Part shown: positions 29,736 to 39,559 of the stretch, piece by piece
Layout of the letters: each line of letters opens with the position of its first letter
Numbering within the stretch: position 1 is the stretch's first letter
Source of the DNA: an uncultured Clostridium sp.
GTDB taxonomy: Bacteria; Bacillota_I; Bacilli_A; RF39; UBA660
Direction: 5' to 3'
Assembly (NCBI GenBank): GCA_947427095.1
Contig: CANEGO010000005.1
Span: forward strand, 15,021 to 79,020
DNA length: 64,000 nucleotides
Made by a program: the position numbers and the translations under genes
Notes under the pieces: generated by a model
What the model saw: only the letters and a program-made list of their open reading frames with translations
Told to the model about the DNA's origin: nothing
The model's database searches: none

Positions 29736-29838
29736 TTTATATCAATAAACCTATTATCATTACAATTAGCAAAAGAACTACGCAAATAACCATTTTTACG
29801 ATAATGCTCTTTTTCTCTTGTTCATTTAAATTGTTCAT
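29736..29838 (-). CDS. 33-aa membrane peptide (MNNLNEQEKKSIIVKMVICVVLLLIVMIIGLLI) downstream of holA
   Basis: GGAGG SD 4 nt before the ATG. Its stop overlaps the terminator. Below the 60-aa cutoff of the ORF track. Confidence 0.35.
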
Positions 29839-29890
29839 AAGGCCTCCATATTATGTTTTCATTCTAACATAGTTTAGTTAAAACTTCAAC

Positions 29891-30835
29891 TTAAATATGC
29901 AAAAGGAAATTTTCTAAGCCAAACGTTTTATCTATGTTTCCGCTTTTTATACCAAAGTCTAGATCATGTAATTTTTTTAAAATATCACTTAGTTCTGATA
30001 TTAAATAGTCCGTCTCCAAGGCGAGTTTAACACGATAAGGATGAACCTTTAAAACTTCTGCGATTTCTTTACTAGTCTTTCCGTTAGAACTTAGTAGTTT
30101 AACCTGATACGTTAATAAAAATTGATTAGCTAAAAGAGCAATAATCTTTATTGGTTCTTCCCCTACCGTTATTAAATCTTTATAGCATTCAAATATTTTT
30201 TTATAGTCTTTTTTCATTATTCCATCAGTTAAGTCAAAGATATTGTCTTTAAACCCCTTACACGATATTTCATTAATATCGTGTAATAAAATATTTTTAT
30301 CATCTGCTTTATAAATAATCATTTTTCTTATTTCACTAATTAATATGTCAACGTTTTTACCTACGTAATTAACAAAATAATTAGCGGTTTTGTAATCGAT
30401 ATCATAACCTTTAGCTTTAAATTCGGATAAAACAAAACTAGATAAATCTTTTTCATCTATTACTTCTTTTTTTATAACAGTAACGTTTTTCTTTAAGGTC
30501 TTAACTATTTTTTTTCTTTCATCTAGCTTATCGCTTTCAACCGTTAAAATAACAACGTTATCATGATTTTCATCTTCTAAATAACTTGATAAATAATCCA
30601 AATTATGATTCACATTATTTGTAGTAGCAGTTAAAAATAAAGCATTTTCGCCTATTAATACCTTTTTATCACCAAATAACGATATACAAGAAGCATCATC
30701 TAATAACTCATCTATTTTATCTACTGACAAATCATATTTAACAACATCTGTTATACCAGATGCTATATTATCTATTTCTCTTTTTATTAAACTGTAATCA
30801 GTTCCATATATTAAATAAGTATTCATGTATATCAC
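29891..30835 (-). CDS. holA: DNA polymerase III subunit delta
   Basis: 314-aa HolA/YqeN-like ORF. Confidence 0.75.
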   Translation of the reverse strand: MIYMNTYLIYGTDYSLIKREIDNIASGITDVVKYDLSVDKIDELLDDASCISLFGDKKVLIGENALFLTATTNNVNHNLDYLSSYLEDENHDNVVILTVESDKLDERKKIVKTLKKNVTVIKKEVIDEKDLSSFVLSEFKAKGYDIDYKTANYFVNYVGKNVDILISEIRKMIIYKADDKNILLHDINEISCKGFKDNIFDLTDGIMKKDYKKIFECYKDLITVGEEPIKIIALLANQFLLTYQVKLLSSNGKTSKEIAEVLKVHPYRVKLALETDYLISELSDILKKLHDLDFGIKSGNIDKTFGLENFLLHI

Positions 30836-31899
30836 CTATTTTCTTTTTTTAAAGTTATATCTTTTATATTTGGCACATAAGAATACATACTATCTTTATA
30901 TACCATATAATTATTTATTTTATTTTTGCATAAATCCGATATATCTTCTAATCTATAATTAATACCTTCATAATTACAAAGCGGCATAACATATCTTCTT
31001 TTAGCTTTTAAACTAACGCAATAATTTAACGGTCTTTCGTCGGTTCTTTCTAAATGAGAAGCATTTTCAAATTCAAAGAATGAATTAATGTTATGTTCAA
31101 GTAATTTTACTACATATTCTTCTGATTTAGTATATAAATCCTCGAGTTTGATAACATTTTCATCTATTAAAACTTTTAAGGCATCTGCAATATATTGCAT
31201 TGTATATTTATCTTCATTACCTTGTAAAACAATACTATATTTATACGATGCATCAAAGAACTTTTCGCAGGCTTTTTTATCATCAAATCCTATCTCATCT
31301 TGACCTTCTTCATTTTTTAAAATAGTAATATGTTCATATACTTTTTTTATATCATCTAGATTCCAAAATCCTTGCCAAATAAAAGCCGTATGTAAAACTC
31401 CATCCAACCTGTCAGAACATAACTTTGGTTTTTCATTTTCAACTACACCATATTGATAAGCCGCTTTTAAATCTTCTAAACTAATATTATCTTCTTTTAA
31501 TAAATTAGTTAGTTCACTTGAAGACTCAATTATTTTAAAGATATTTCTTTCCGATGAATTTTGTCTTTCAGTATCACCTAATAAATAGTCAATCACATGA
31601 CTGAAAACAGGGGTTCCTAAATCATGAAATAGTGCCATTAAAGTTTTAGATCTATCATTAGTAAGATGCCAAACCATTAGCGCACATGAAATACTATGAT
31701 CCAACCTTGAATAAAAAAATTTAACGTTATGTAATTTAGTATAATCACACCCACAAAATTGCCCTACTTTTGAAATCCTTTTAAGTTCCTTTGTATCTAA
31801 ATACTTTTCTATAAATAAAGGATAATCATTACCACATAAAATTAAAAAATATTTTTTTAGTTCATCATTAACGTTCTCATAATAAAGCATAAAAACCAC
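30832..31899 (-). CDS. HD-domain-containing hypothetical protein
   Basis: H...HD motif (WH...ALFHDLGTP). Confidence 0.5.
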   Translation of the reverse strand: MVFMLYYENVNDELKKYFLILCGNDYPLFIEKYLDTKELKRISKVGQFCGCDYTKLHNVKFFYSRLDHSISCALMVWHLTNDRSKTLMALFHDLGTPVFSHVIDYLLGDTERQNSSERNIFKIIESSSELTNLLKEDNISLEDLKAAYQYGVVENEKPKLCSDRLDGVLHTAFIWQGFWNLDDIKKVYEHITILKNEEGQDEIGFDDKKACEKFFDASYKYSIVLQGNEDKYTMQYIADALKVLIDENVIKLEDLYTKSEEYVVKLLEHNINSFFEFENASHLERTDERPLNYCVSLKAKRRYVMPLCNYEGINYRLEDISDLCKNKINNYMVYKDSMYSYVPNIKDITLKKENR

Positions 31900-31974
31900 C
31901 CTTAAAATAATAAATATCTTATATTGAAATTATAACATGTAAACAGAAAAAAAACGAGTATAACAATACTCATT

Positions 31975-33741
31975 TTATATCAAATTATCTTGACTTGAAA
32001 ATAATTTATAGTATTCTTTCCTTTTATTCATAAGTTCTTTATGACTCCCAATTTCATAAATCCGTTTATCTTTTATAAGCATTATAACATCAGAATTAAC
32101 AATGGTAGATAGTCTATGTGCGATGGTAATCGTTGTTTTATCTTTTAATAAAGTATTAATCTTCTTTTGAATTATACTTTCAGTTTTAACGTCAATCTTA
32201 CTAGTTGCCTCATCTAAGACTAATATCTTAGGATCATTTATTAAAATTCTTATGTAACTAATTAGCTGTCTTTGACCATCTGATAAAGTATTACCATGGT
32301 TTTCTAATACGGTATAATATCCTTTTTCAAATTCATTTATCCAATTATCTAAATCAAGTTTTTTACATATTTTTATAACTTCTTCATCGCTCATTTTAGA
32401 ATTACCATATTTTAAATTATTCATTATCGTATCAGTAAATAAATAATTATCCTGCTGCATTATGGATATTTGTCTTCTAAGAGTATTTAAATCATAGTTC
32501 CTAATATCTATATCATCGATTAGTATTTCTCCATCATTTATATCATAGAACCTTGCCATAAGGTTTGCAATAGTGGTTTTACCACTTCCAGTTTCTCCTA
32601 CTATCGCTATTTTTTGTCCAGGTTTTACTTCAAAAGATACCTTATCTAAAATTACTTTATCCTCATTATATGAAAATACAACATCTTTAAATTTAATATC
32701 ACCTATTATTTCTTTTTTTACTGGATTTTCTATATTCGTTATCGTAATTGGCTCATCTATCGTTTCTAATATTCTTTCTAGATAAGTAATCGATTCAATA
32801 AAATCATCCATTGCTACAAAAAGGTTTCTTATCGGATTCCAAAACCTGCTAGAATAACTTCCCATTGCAACTATCGTTCCAAGAGAAATACCTGGTACAA
32901 GATAAAATACACCTATCGTATAAATTAGAACTTGAACAACGTTTGAGATGATGTTAGTACTACTCCAAGTTATGTTTCCATACACTATATAATCACACCA
33001 AGATTCAAAATATTCATCTGTTAATCCATCGTGAATTGCACCATTTTCTTTTTGTCTATTAAACACCTTGGTTGTATCTGTTCCTTTTAATGATTCATAT
33101 AAATAAGCATTCATATTTGACCGTTTATTATTTATCTTAAGTTTCTTTTTTCTTTTTATCTTGGTAGTAAAATTAAATATTAAGCTTAATATTATTACTC
33201 CAATAAACGTTATAAACGTTAGTTTAACACTCGTTATAAGCATAAATATTATCGTTAAAACAAGACTTATTAACTGCAAAATCGTATCGATTAATCTATT
33301 TGTAATAAGTGATGATACACTTTCAGCGTACTCGGTTAATCGAACTAAAATCTTACCATGTGGCCTTGTATCATAATACTTAGAAGATAAATATTGTAAA
33401 TGTGAAAATAAATCGTTTTTTAAATCTTCTACGATGTTTTGGTTTACCTTTACTAATATATCATTTTTTATCTTAATTGTTAATATAACTCCTATTTGAA
33501 TAGAAATACCTATCAAGCATAGTTTTACTAGACCATTAAAGTTCCAACCATTTGTAATGTTATCAATCCCATATTGAATTAACTTAGCATAAATAAGAGT
33601 TAATAAGGTTGATGCTAAACTTACGATTAATGCTATAAATAACTTTTTCTTATAGTCTTTTAGATACTTAAGAGCACGCTTAAGGTTTTTAAAACTAAAA
33701 CTTGTATTACGCTCGTCCACGTCGTATTTGTTAACTCTCAT
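31975..33741 (-). CDS. ABC transporter permease/ATP-binding protein (type I exporter half-transporter)
   Basis: Six-TM domain plus Walker A GETGSGKTT and LSDGQRQ signature. Terminator at 31946-31975. Confidence 0.9.
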   Translation of the reverse strand: MRVNKYDVDERNTSFSFKNLKRALKYLKDYKKKLFIALIVSLASTLLTLIYAKLIQYGIDNITNGWNFNGLVKLCLIGISIQIGVILTIKIKNDILVKVNQNIVEDLKNDLFSHLQYLSSKYYDTRPHGKILVRLTEYAESVSSLITNRLIDTILQLISLVLTIIFMLITSVKLTFITFIGVIILSLIFNFTTKIKRKKKLKINNKRSNMNAYLYESLKGTDTTKVFNRQKENGAIHDGLTDEYFESWCDYIVYGNITWSSTNIISNVVQVLIYTIGVFYLVPGISLGTIVAMGSYSSRFWNPIRNLFVAMDDFIESITYLERILETIDEPITITNIENPVKKEIIGDIKFKDVVFSYNEDKVILDKVSFEVKPGQKIAIVGETGSGKTTIANLMARFYDINDGEILIDDIDIRNYDLNTLRRQISIMQQDNYLFTDTIMNNLKYGNSKMSDEEVIKICKKLDLDNWINEFEKGYYTVLENHGNTLSDGQRQLISYIRILINDPKILVLDEATSKIDVKTESIIQKKINTLLKDKTTITIAHRLSTIVNSDVIMLIKDKRIYEIGSHKELMNKRKEYYKLFSSQDNLI

Positions 33742-35444
33742 AGCTTAATCCCCCTTTTTTGAATATCATAAATTTCTTTATAAATACCATTTTTCTTAAG
33801 TAAGGATTTATGAGTACCACACTCTTTAACAATGCCTTTTTCCAAAACAAATATTTCATCTGCGTCTTTAACCGAAAGGATCTTTTGTGCAATAATAAGC
33901 TTAGTAGTATCTAGGTTTAAATCATTTATGTTTTTAGTTACTTCTAGCTCAGTTTCAAAATCAAGTGCTGAGGTAATATCATCTAGTATTAAAAGATTAG
34001 GATTAACAGCAAGCGTTCTTGCAAGTGATAACCTTTGTTTTTCACCACCTGATAAATCAACACCACCCTCACCGATTACTTCATCAATTCCGTTTTTTAA
34101 GTTAAAAACATAATCTGCTTTTGCAAGTTTAATATATTTAATTACTTCTTTATCCGTTAACTTAGAGTTTCCAAAACGAACGTTATTTCTTATAGTATCA
34201 GAAAACAAGAACGGAGTTTGACTAACATATCCAAAATTCTTTCTTAAAGAACTCATTTTGTACTCTTTAATATTTATCCCATCAATTAGTATTTCACCAC
34301 GACTTACATCTTCTAATCTAAGTAATAATCTTGCAATAGTCGATTTTCCACTACCTATTAAGCCTATTAAAGCATAAGTCTTCCCTGGCATAATATGCAT
34401 ATTAAAATCTTTTAAAACAAAAGTTTCATCATATTTTAACCACACGTTTTTAAATTCTATTTCATGTTTTTTACCTTTTAATTCTAAAGTGCCGTCTAAA
34501 ATTTTTGACTTCCTAGACAAAATCCATTTCATTTTATTTAAAGCGACACCAAAGTTTTGCCAGTTATCTAAAAGTGTACTAGCATTTTCAAACGGAGTTT
34601 TTAAACACCACAAAAGAGAGTCAAAAACAAGCCACTGTCCTATTGTTATTTCACCATTCATAACAAATAAAAATCCAAAAAATATAAGCAAAGCACAAAT
34701 AAGTTCGTTAAGTGCGGTAGTTGTTACATTGTAATTTATAAACTTATACCTGATTTTTAAATTCTTATTTTTAAGTGTTCTATTTTTAATTTTAAATTTT
34801 TTTATTTCTTCTTTTTCTGTTCCATAGTTTTTAACTAGTCTATTAGAATCAATGTTTTCTTGTATAAAGTTATTAAAAGTAGATAAATACTCTCTTTTAT
34901 CTTGATAGTTTTTCTTTGATGTTTTTATGTACCTATTTGAAAAGTAAAATAAAATTGGAAGTGGAATCATTATTATAAGCGTTAATTTAGGGCTTATTAT
35001 AAAACAGTAAGCAAGTGCTCCAAAAAATCTAAGTACTGCTGCTAAAACGGTTTTAACTGTAAAACACATATTCATTCTTATTTGGTATGCATCAGAAAAA
35101 ATAGTTGTTACTTCTCCTAGAGGGTTTTCATTGTAAAAACTAGAATCTAAACTATTTAATTTCTCGTACATTTTAATTCTTAATTTCTTACATAATCTAA
35201 ATCCCCAGGAGTCAATTAAAATAACTCCAAAATATGCTAAAACAGTGCCAAAAACAACTATTACTATGGTTGTTATAGCAAGTGGTAATATAATACTTTT
35301 ATTTCCACCAATAAGACCATCATCAACCATTTTTCCCATTAATATTGCAGGAAAAATCATTAGTACGTCTCCAAATACTATCATAAAATTATATAGAAAG
35401 TATTTTAGTTTATTTTCTTTATCAAAATTAAGTACCCATTTCAT
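33738..35444 (-). CDS. ABC transporter permease/ATP-binding protein (heterodimer partner)
   Basis: GLIGSGKST Walker A and LSGGEKQRLSLAR signature. 4-nt overlap with the partner gene. Confidence 0.9.
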   Translation of the reverse strand: MKWVLNFDKENKLKYFLYNFMIVFGDVLMIFPAILMGKMVDDGLIGGNKSIILPLAITTIVIVVFGTVLAYFGVILIDSWGFRLCKKLRIKMYEKLNSLDSSFYNENPLGEVTTIFSDAYQIRMNMCFTVKTVLAAVLRFFGALAYCFIISPKLTLIIMIPLPILFYFSNRYIKTSKKNYQDKREYLSTFNNFIQENIDSNRLVKNYGTEKEEIKKFKIKNRTLKNKNLKIRYKFINYNVTTTALNELICALLIFFGFLFVMNGEITIGQWLVFDSLLWCLKTPFENASTLLDNWQNFGVALNKMKWILSRKSKILDGTLELKGKKHEIEFKNVWLKYDETFVLKDFNMHIMPGKTYALIGLIGSGKSTIARLLLRLEDVSRGEILIDGINIKEYKMSSLRKNFGYVSQTPFLFSDTIRNNVRFGNSKLTDKEVIKYIKLAKADYVFNLKNGIDEVIGEGGVDLSGGEKQRLSLARTLAVNPNLLILDDITSALDFETELEVTKNINDLNLDTTKLIIAQKILSVKDADEIFVLEKGIVKECGTHKSLLKKNGIYKEIYDIQKRGIKL

Positions 35445-35490
35445 AAAACTTACTCCTTAAAACATTTTAATTATACAATAAAAAAAGAAA

Positions 35491-36069
35491 CTATGCTAGT
35501 TTCTCTAATAATTCAGCCTTTTTCATTGAAGTATATCCTTCAATTCCTTTTTCCTTAGCCATTTTCTTAAGTTCAGCTACAGTTAATTTTGATATGTCTT
35601 CAGTTTCTTCCTTCTTTGGGGCTTCTGTTTTAGCTGAAGCTTTTTTAGTTTCTTCTTTTACTTCTTTTTTAGCAGCTGGTTTACTTTCAGCTTTTGCTTC
35701 TTTTGGCATTTTACCATCTAAAGCATCTTTTGCAATTACTACTAAATCAGCAAAGGCTTTTGGTGAATCAATTGCTATTTCAGCAAGCATCTTACGGTTA
35801 ACGGTAACGCCAGCCTTTGAAAGACCATTAATAAATCTTGAATAACTAATTTCATTTTCACGACATGCAGCGTTAATTCTAACAATCCATAACTTTCTAA
35901 AATTACGTTTAGTTTGTCTTCTATCTCTATATGCATACATATAAGAATGCATTACTTGTTCTTTTGCAGTTTTAAATAAACGATGTTTACTTCCAAAATA
36001 TCCCTTAGCTTCTTTTAATACTTTTTTACGACGTGCTTTTGTCACAGCACCATTCTTTACTCTTGCCAT
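35491..36069 (-). CDS. rplT: 50S ribosomal protein L20 with an unusual ~75-aa C-terminal extension ending in a Rho_N/SAP-like motif
   Basis: Residues 1-117 align with L20. They are followed by a K/A/E-rich linker and [31 protein letters not shown]. Confidence 0.9.
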   Translation of the reverse strand: MARVKNGAVTKARRKKVLKEAKGYFGSKHRLFKTAKEQVMHSYMYAYRDRRQTKRNFRKLWIVRINAACRENEISYSRFINGLSKAGVTVNRKMLAEIAIDSPKAFADLVVIAKDALDGKMPKEAKAESKPAAKKEVKEETKKASAKTEAPKKEETEDISKLTVAELKKMAKEKGIEGYTSMKKAELLEKLA

Positions 36070-36095
36070 TATTTGTTTCCTCCTTAATTCTTATC

Positions 36096-36299
36096 TTATA
36101 AAGTATCGATTATTCTCTTTAATCTGTTTTGATCTGCCTTGCTTAAATTTGACTTAGATCTTTTATTTCTGTTAAAAGCAGCATTTTTTGAACCAGTATT
36201 ATGTCTTGAACCAGGATGTCCAATAGTAATAGTTCCACTTTGTCTTACGTTTAATACCTTTTTAGTACCTTTATGAGTCTTTTGTGTTTTCTTTGCCAT
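36096..36299 (-). CDS. rpmI: 50S ribosomal protein L35
   Basis: 67-aa basic protein, MAKKTQKTHKGTKK.... Confidence 0.85.
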   Translation of the reverse strand: MAKKTQKTHKGTKKVLNVRQSGTITIGHPGSRHNTGSKNAAFNRNKRSKSNLSKADQNRLKRIIDTL

Positions 36300-36321
36300 A
36301 TTATTTTCCTCCTACTTTAAT

Positions 36322-36864
36322 TTACTTATTTTTTACTGGGCTAATCATAGCCATCATGTTTCTGCCATCAAGCATAGGAGCACTTTCTAACGCTCCAACG
36401 TCGCTTAAGCTTTCCGCAAATTTTAGCAAAACATCTCTACCTTTATCAGTAAATTGCATTTCGCGTCCTCTAAAACGAATAGTAAGCTTGATTTTATGAC
36501 CCTTTTCTAAATATTTTTTAGCATTATTTAGTTTCGTATTAAAGTCATGTACGTCAATGTTTGGTGATAAACGATATTCTTTAGTTTCAGCATTATTTTC
36601 TTTTTGTCTCTTTTGAGATTCTTTTAGTTTCTTTTTCTTTTCGTATTTGAACTTGTTATAGTCCATTAACTTACATACTGGATTTTCACCCTTATCATTA
36701 ATTAAAACTAAATCAAACCCAGCATAAGACGCAAGTGTTAACGCCTCTTCCTTAGATTTAATACCAAGCTGTTCACCATTAGGTCCAATTACAAGCATTT
36801 GTCTTACTCTTATTTGCTCATTAACTGGCATGTCTTTTTCTTTTGCTATGTCAAGCACCTCCAT
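36322..36864 (-). CDS. infC: Translation initiation factor IF-3
   Basis: NEQIRVRQMLVIGPNGEQLGI...PVCKLMDYNKFKYE. Confidence 0.9.
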   Translation of the reverse strand: MEVLDIAKEKDMPVNEQIRVRQMLVIGPNGEQLGIKSKEEALTLASYAGFDLVLINDKGENPVCKLMDYNKFKYEKKKKLKESQKRQKENNAETKEYRLSPNIDVHDFNTKLNNAKKYLEKGHKIKLTIRFRGREMQFTDKGRDVLLKFAESLSDVGALESAPMLDGRNMMAMISPVKNK

Positions 36865-37010
36865 AATAAAAAGTGAATACGAGATTAGTATTCACCTTAT
36901 AAAAACGCTTAAAAAATATGTTAATCACAAGCTGGCGTTTGACCCATTACTAGTTGTAATCGGGTGAGATGAATACTCGTCTTCTTTCCTTCATATCAAA
37001 ATTACTTTTT
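36865..37010 (-). promoter_or_regulatory. infC-rpmI-rplT leader with a hairpin + U-tract directly upstream of the infC ATG (L20-type autoregulatory attenuator leader)
   Basis: Minus strand reads GUGAAUACUAAUCUCGUAUUCACUUUUUAUUAUGGAGGUGCUUGAC-AUG. Firmicutes regulate this operon through an L20-binding leader. Confidence 0.45.
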
Positions 37011-37068
37011 TAGTATACAACATATTTTATGTTATGTAAAGCAATTTTATTATTTTACTATTAAAATC

Positions 37069-38055
37069 TTATAATTTTTTAGATAACGTTTTAATTTTTG
37101 GCTCTTCTTTTGGTACTAAAACCTCATCTCTATATATATTACCTTTTATTGTTATACCATAATTAATTATATCATCTACGGTTATTTTATTACCAAAGTA
37201 AGCATCACCATCAATAACTAGCTCCTTATTCAAACCATTCAAGCTTTCTAAACTATCAAAAAATGCTGTTCCGCCAATATATTTTAAACTCCCTAAACCT
37301 GATGCGCTTTTTAAACTACTAAAGTCCGCTAAATCGGCTATTGATTCTAACCCATTTAAGCCTGTTGCATCCGTCAAATTATTAAATCGTGCGAGTCCTC
37401 CAATACTTTTTAAATTATATAACCCTACCGCATCTTTTAAGCTACTAAATATGGCTTTTCCACCAATTATTTTTAAATTATATAATCCTGATGCACTTAT
37501 TAAACTTTCAAAATGTGCTTCGGCACCAATTATTTTTAAATTCCCTAACCCCGATGAATTTTCTAAACTATAAAAATTTGCCCTTACACCTATAACTGTC
37601 AAATTAATTAGTTTTGATGCATCTTTTAGTTTTTCAAAATTTGCTGTATAACCAATTATTTTTAAATTACTTAAATTAACCGATTCTTTCTTGCTAAATA
37701 TATCACCTAAAACACATATCAAATTTCTAATCTTATTATTATCTATTACATCTATATTAAGGTTACTACAAACATATAAATCATTATTTTTAAAATCAAT
37801 TTCATTTATCGCAATATTTTCCTCTTGACATTCAAAGAGAATTGATAAATTATGTTTTTCACTTAGTAAACTCTTTATTTGCTTTAGCCTTGGATTCCCT
37901 ACTAATCCAAACTGATTTATTTCTTTTTCTATATCAAATAGAAAAGTTAATTCTTCTTTATTTCCTACTTTTTTTTCTATGATATTTAACTTTTCTCTAA
38001 ACATTTCTTTATATAGTTCATTTAAGAAGTCTATTCTTTCTTTCCAAGTTTCCAT
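37069..38055 (-). CDS. Leucine-rich repeat protein (BspA-like LRR, ~23-aa repeats), cytoplasmic
   Basis: Tandem repeats NLKIIG..A.F..L..A.GL visible in the translation; no signal peptide. Confidence 0.6.
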   Translation of the reverse strand: METWKERIDFLNELYKEMFREKLNIIEKKVGNKEELTFLFDIEKEINQFGLVGNPRLKQIKSLLSEKHNLSILFECQEENIAINEIDFKNNDLYVCSNLNIDVIDNNKIRNLICVLGDIFSKKESVNLSNLKIIGYTANFEKLKDASKLINLTVIGVRANFYSLENSSGLGNLKIIGAEAHFESLISASGLYNLKIIGGKAIFSSLKDAVGLYNLKSIGGLARFNNLTDATGLNGLESIADLADFSSLKSASGLGSLKYIGGTAFFDSLESLNGLNKELVIDGDAYFGNKITVDDIINYGITIKGNIYRDEVLVPKEEPKIKTLSKKL

Positions 38056-38200
38056 AATTATTTTTCACCACTTTCAATTTTAACTTAAATTTATTATAAC
38101 CATCTAAATTAGTTACACAAAAATTAAAATAGCCATATTCTATAAATTAATCATCCGAAGGATTGTTTTAAATTCCATTATCATTGTAAAACTTATTTTA

Positions 38201-38848
38201 TTATTTCTTTCCTTTGAAATATCTTTTTAAATGAAAACTCACGTTTTCTATATTATTATTAAGTTTCTCTAAATCGGAATTATTTTCAATAATAAAATCA
38301 AAATACGTTGGTTCTAACATTTCGGGTTTTCCCTTTTTAATTTGGTAATACATATCTTGATCATATGACGTGGAATAATTAACATTATCTCCAATTACAT
38401 TTGCATCTTTATAATTATAGTTCATTATCCTATTTTCAATTCGTCTTATGTTTTCTTCATCATTTTTTGAATCTATTTTTATTTTTATAACACTATATTT
38501 AAATAAACTAGCTATTTTTTCAATTTTTGAAATTGATTCTAAAGTATTTAAATTAGCATCGATTATAAGTGAACGTCTATTAATTAAAAGCTTAATTAAT
38601 CTTTCTTTATTAATACGAGCTACAATTCTAGGTATTTTTAATTGCTTTTCTTGATCATCTTCAAACTTAACAAAATAATAATTTCTAATGTAATCATTGC
38701 TTAACACAAATAGCCCAAAACGTTTAGATAATTCTTTTGCAACCGTGGTTTTTCCACTACCTGGTAATCCACTTAGAGTTATTATTGCAGGATTTTTATA
38801 TTTAGTTGCACATTTAATATTCATTTCTTTAATAAAATTTTTTACCAT
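38201..38848 (-). CDS. P-loop NTPase / AAA_33-like kinase
   Basis: Walker A GLPGSGKTT. Confidence 0.55.
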   Translation of the reverse strand: MVKNFIKEMNIKCATKYKNPAIITLSGLPGSGKTTVAKELSKRFGLFVLSNDYIRNYYFVKFEDDQEKQLKIPRIVARINKERLIKLLINRRSLIIDANLNTLESISKIEKIASLFKYSVIKIKIDSKNDEENIRRIENRIMNYNYKDANVIGDNVNYSTSYDQDMYYQIKKGKPEMLEPTYFDFIIENNSDLEKLNNNIENVSFHLKRYFKGKK

Positions 38849-38880
38849 TAAAACACATTCCTTTTAATGGTGTTTATAAT

Positions 38881-38914
38881 AACAAAAAAGGTATAATTCT
38901 GTCAATCATACCTT
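38881..38914 (-). terminator. Terminator of the rlmN-prpC-prkC-rsgA-rpe operon
   Basis: AAAGGUAUGAUUGACAGAAUUAUACCUUUUUUGUU read on the minus strand. Confidence 0.6.
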
Positions 38915-38935
38915 TTTGTTTTACAAATGTAATTT

Positions 38936-39556
38936 TTATCTTAACTCTTTTATCTTATCATCATAATTATTACTATTAGTTACGTAAGAACCGGAAACAA
39001 CCATATCACAAACTGCATATTTACATAGTTCTATCGTTTTATTGTTAACCCCACCATCAATACTGATAATTAAATCTTTAGGTGCTATTTCTTTTAATCT
39101 TTTTATTTTATCTATAACCTCTTCTTTAAACATTTGACCACCTAGTCCTGGGTTTACACTCATAAATAAAACTAAATCTATATCATCTATGTAAGGTGTT
39201 AGTTTATCTATGGTAGTTTCCGGATTAATAGCAAGCCCTACCTTTATACCAAGAGATTTAACATGGTCAATTAATTCATAATCTTTAATTACTTCAACAT
39301 GAAATGTTAAATAATCGGGTTTTAATAAAGCATATCTTTTTATTAAATCTTCCTCATCAACCATTAAATGAACATCTAATGGCTTTTTACTAATACTAAT
39401 TATATCTTTTACTACTTCTATTGGGAATTTCTTATCCGGAACAAACCTTCCATCCATTACATCAATGTGTAAAAAATCAGCGCTTGATTCATTTACTTTT
39501 TTAACAGCGTTTATAAGCCTATCATAAACGCTTAATACTGATACTGAAACTTTCAT
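38936..39556 (-). CDS. rpe: Ribulose-phosphate 3-epimerase
   Basis: HIDVMDGRFVP and DVHLMV motifs. Confidence 0.9.
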   Translation of the reverse strand: MKVSVSVLSVYDRLINAVKKVNESSADFLHIDVMDGRFVPDKKFPIEVVKDIISISKKPLDVHLMVDEEDLIKRYALLKPDYLTFHVEVIKDYELIDHVKSLGIKVGLAINPETTIDKLTPYIDDIDLVLFMSVNPGLGGQMFKEEVIDKIKRLKEIAPKDLIISIDGGVNNKTIELCKYAVCDMVVSGSYVTNSNNYDDKIKELR

Positions 39557-39559
39557 ACA

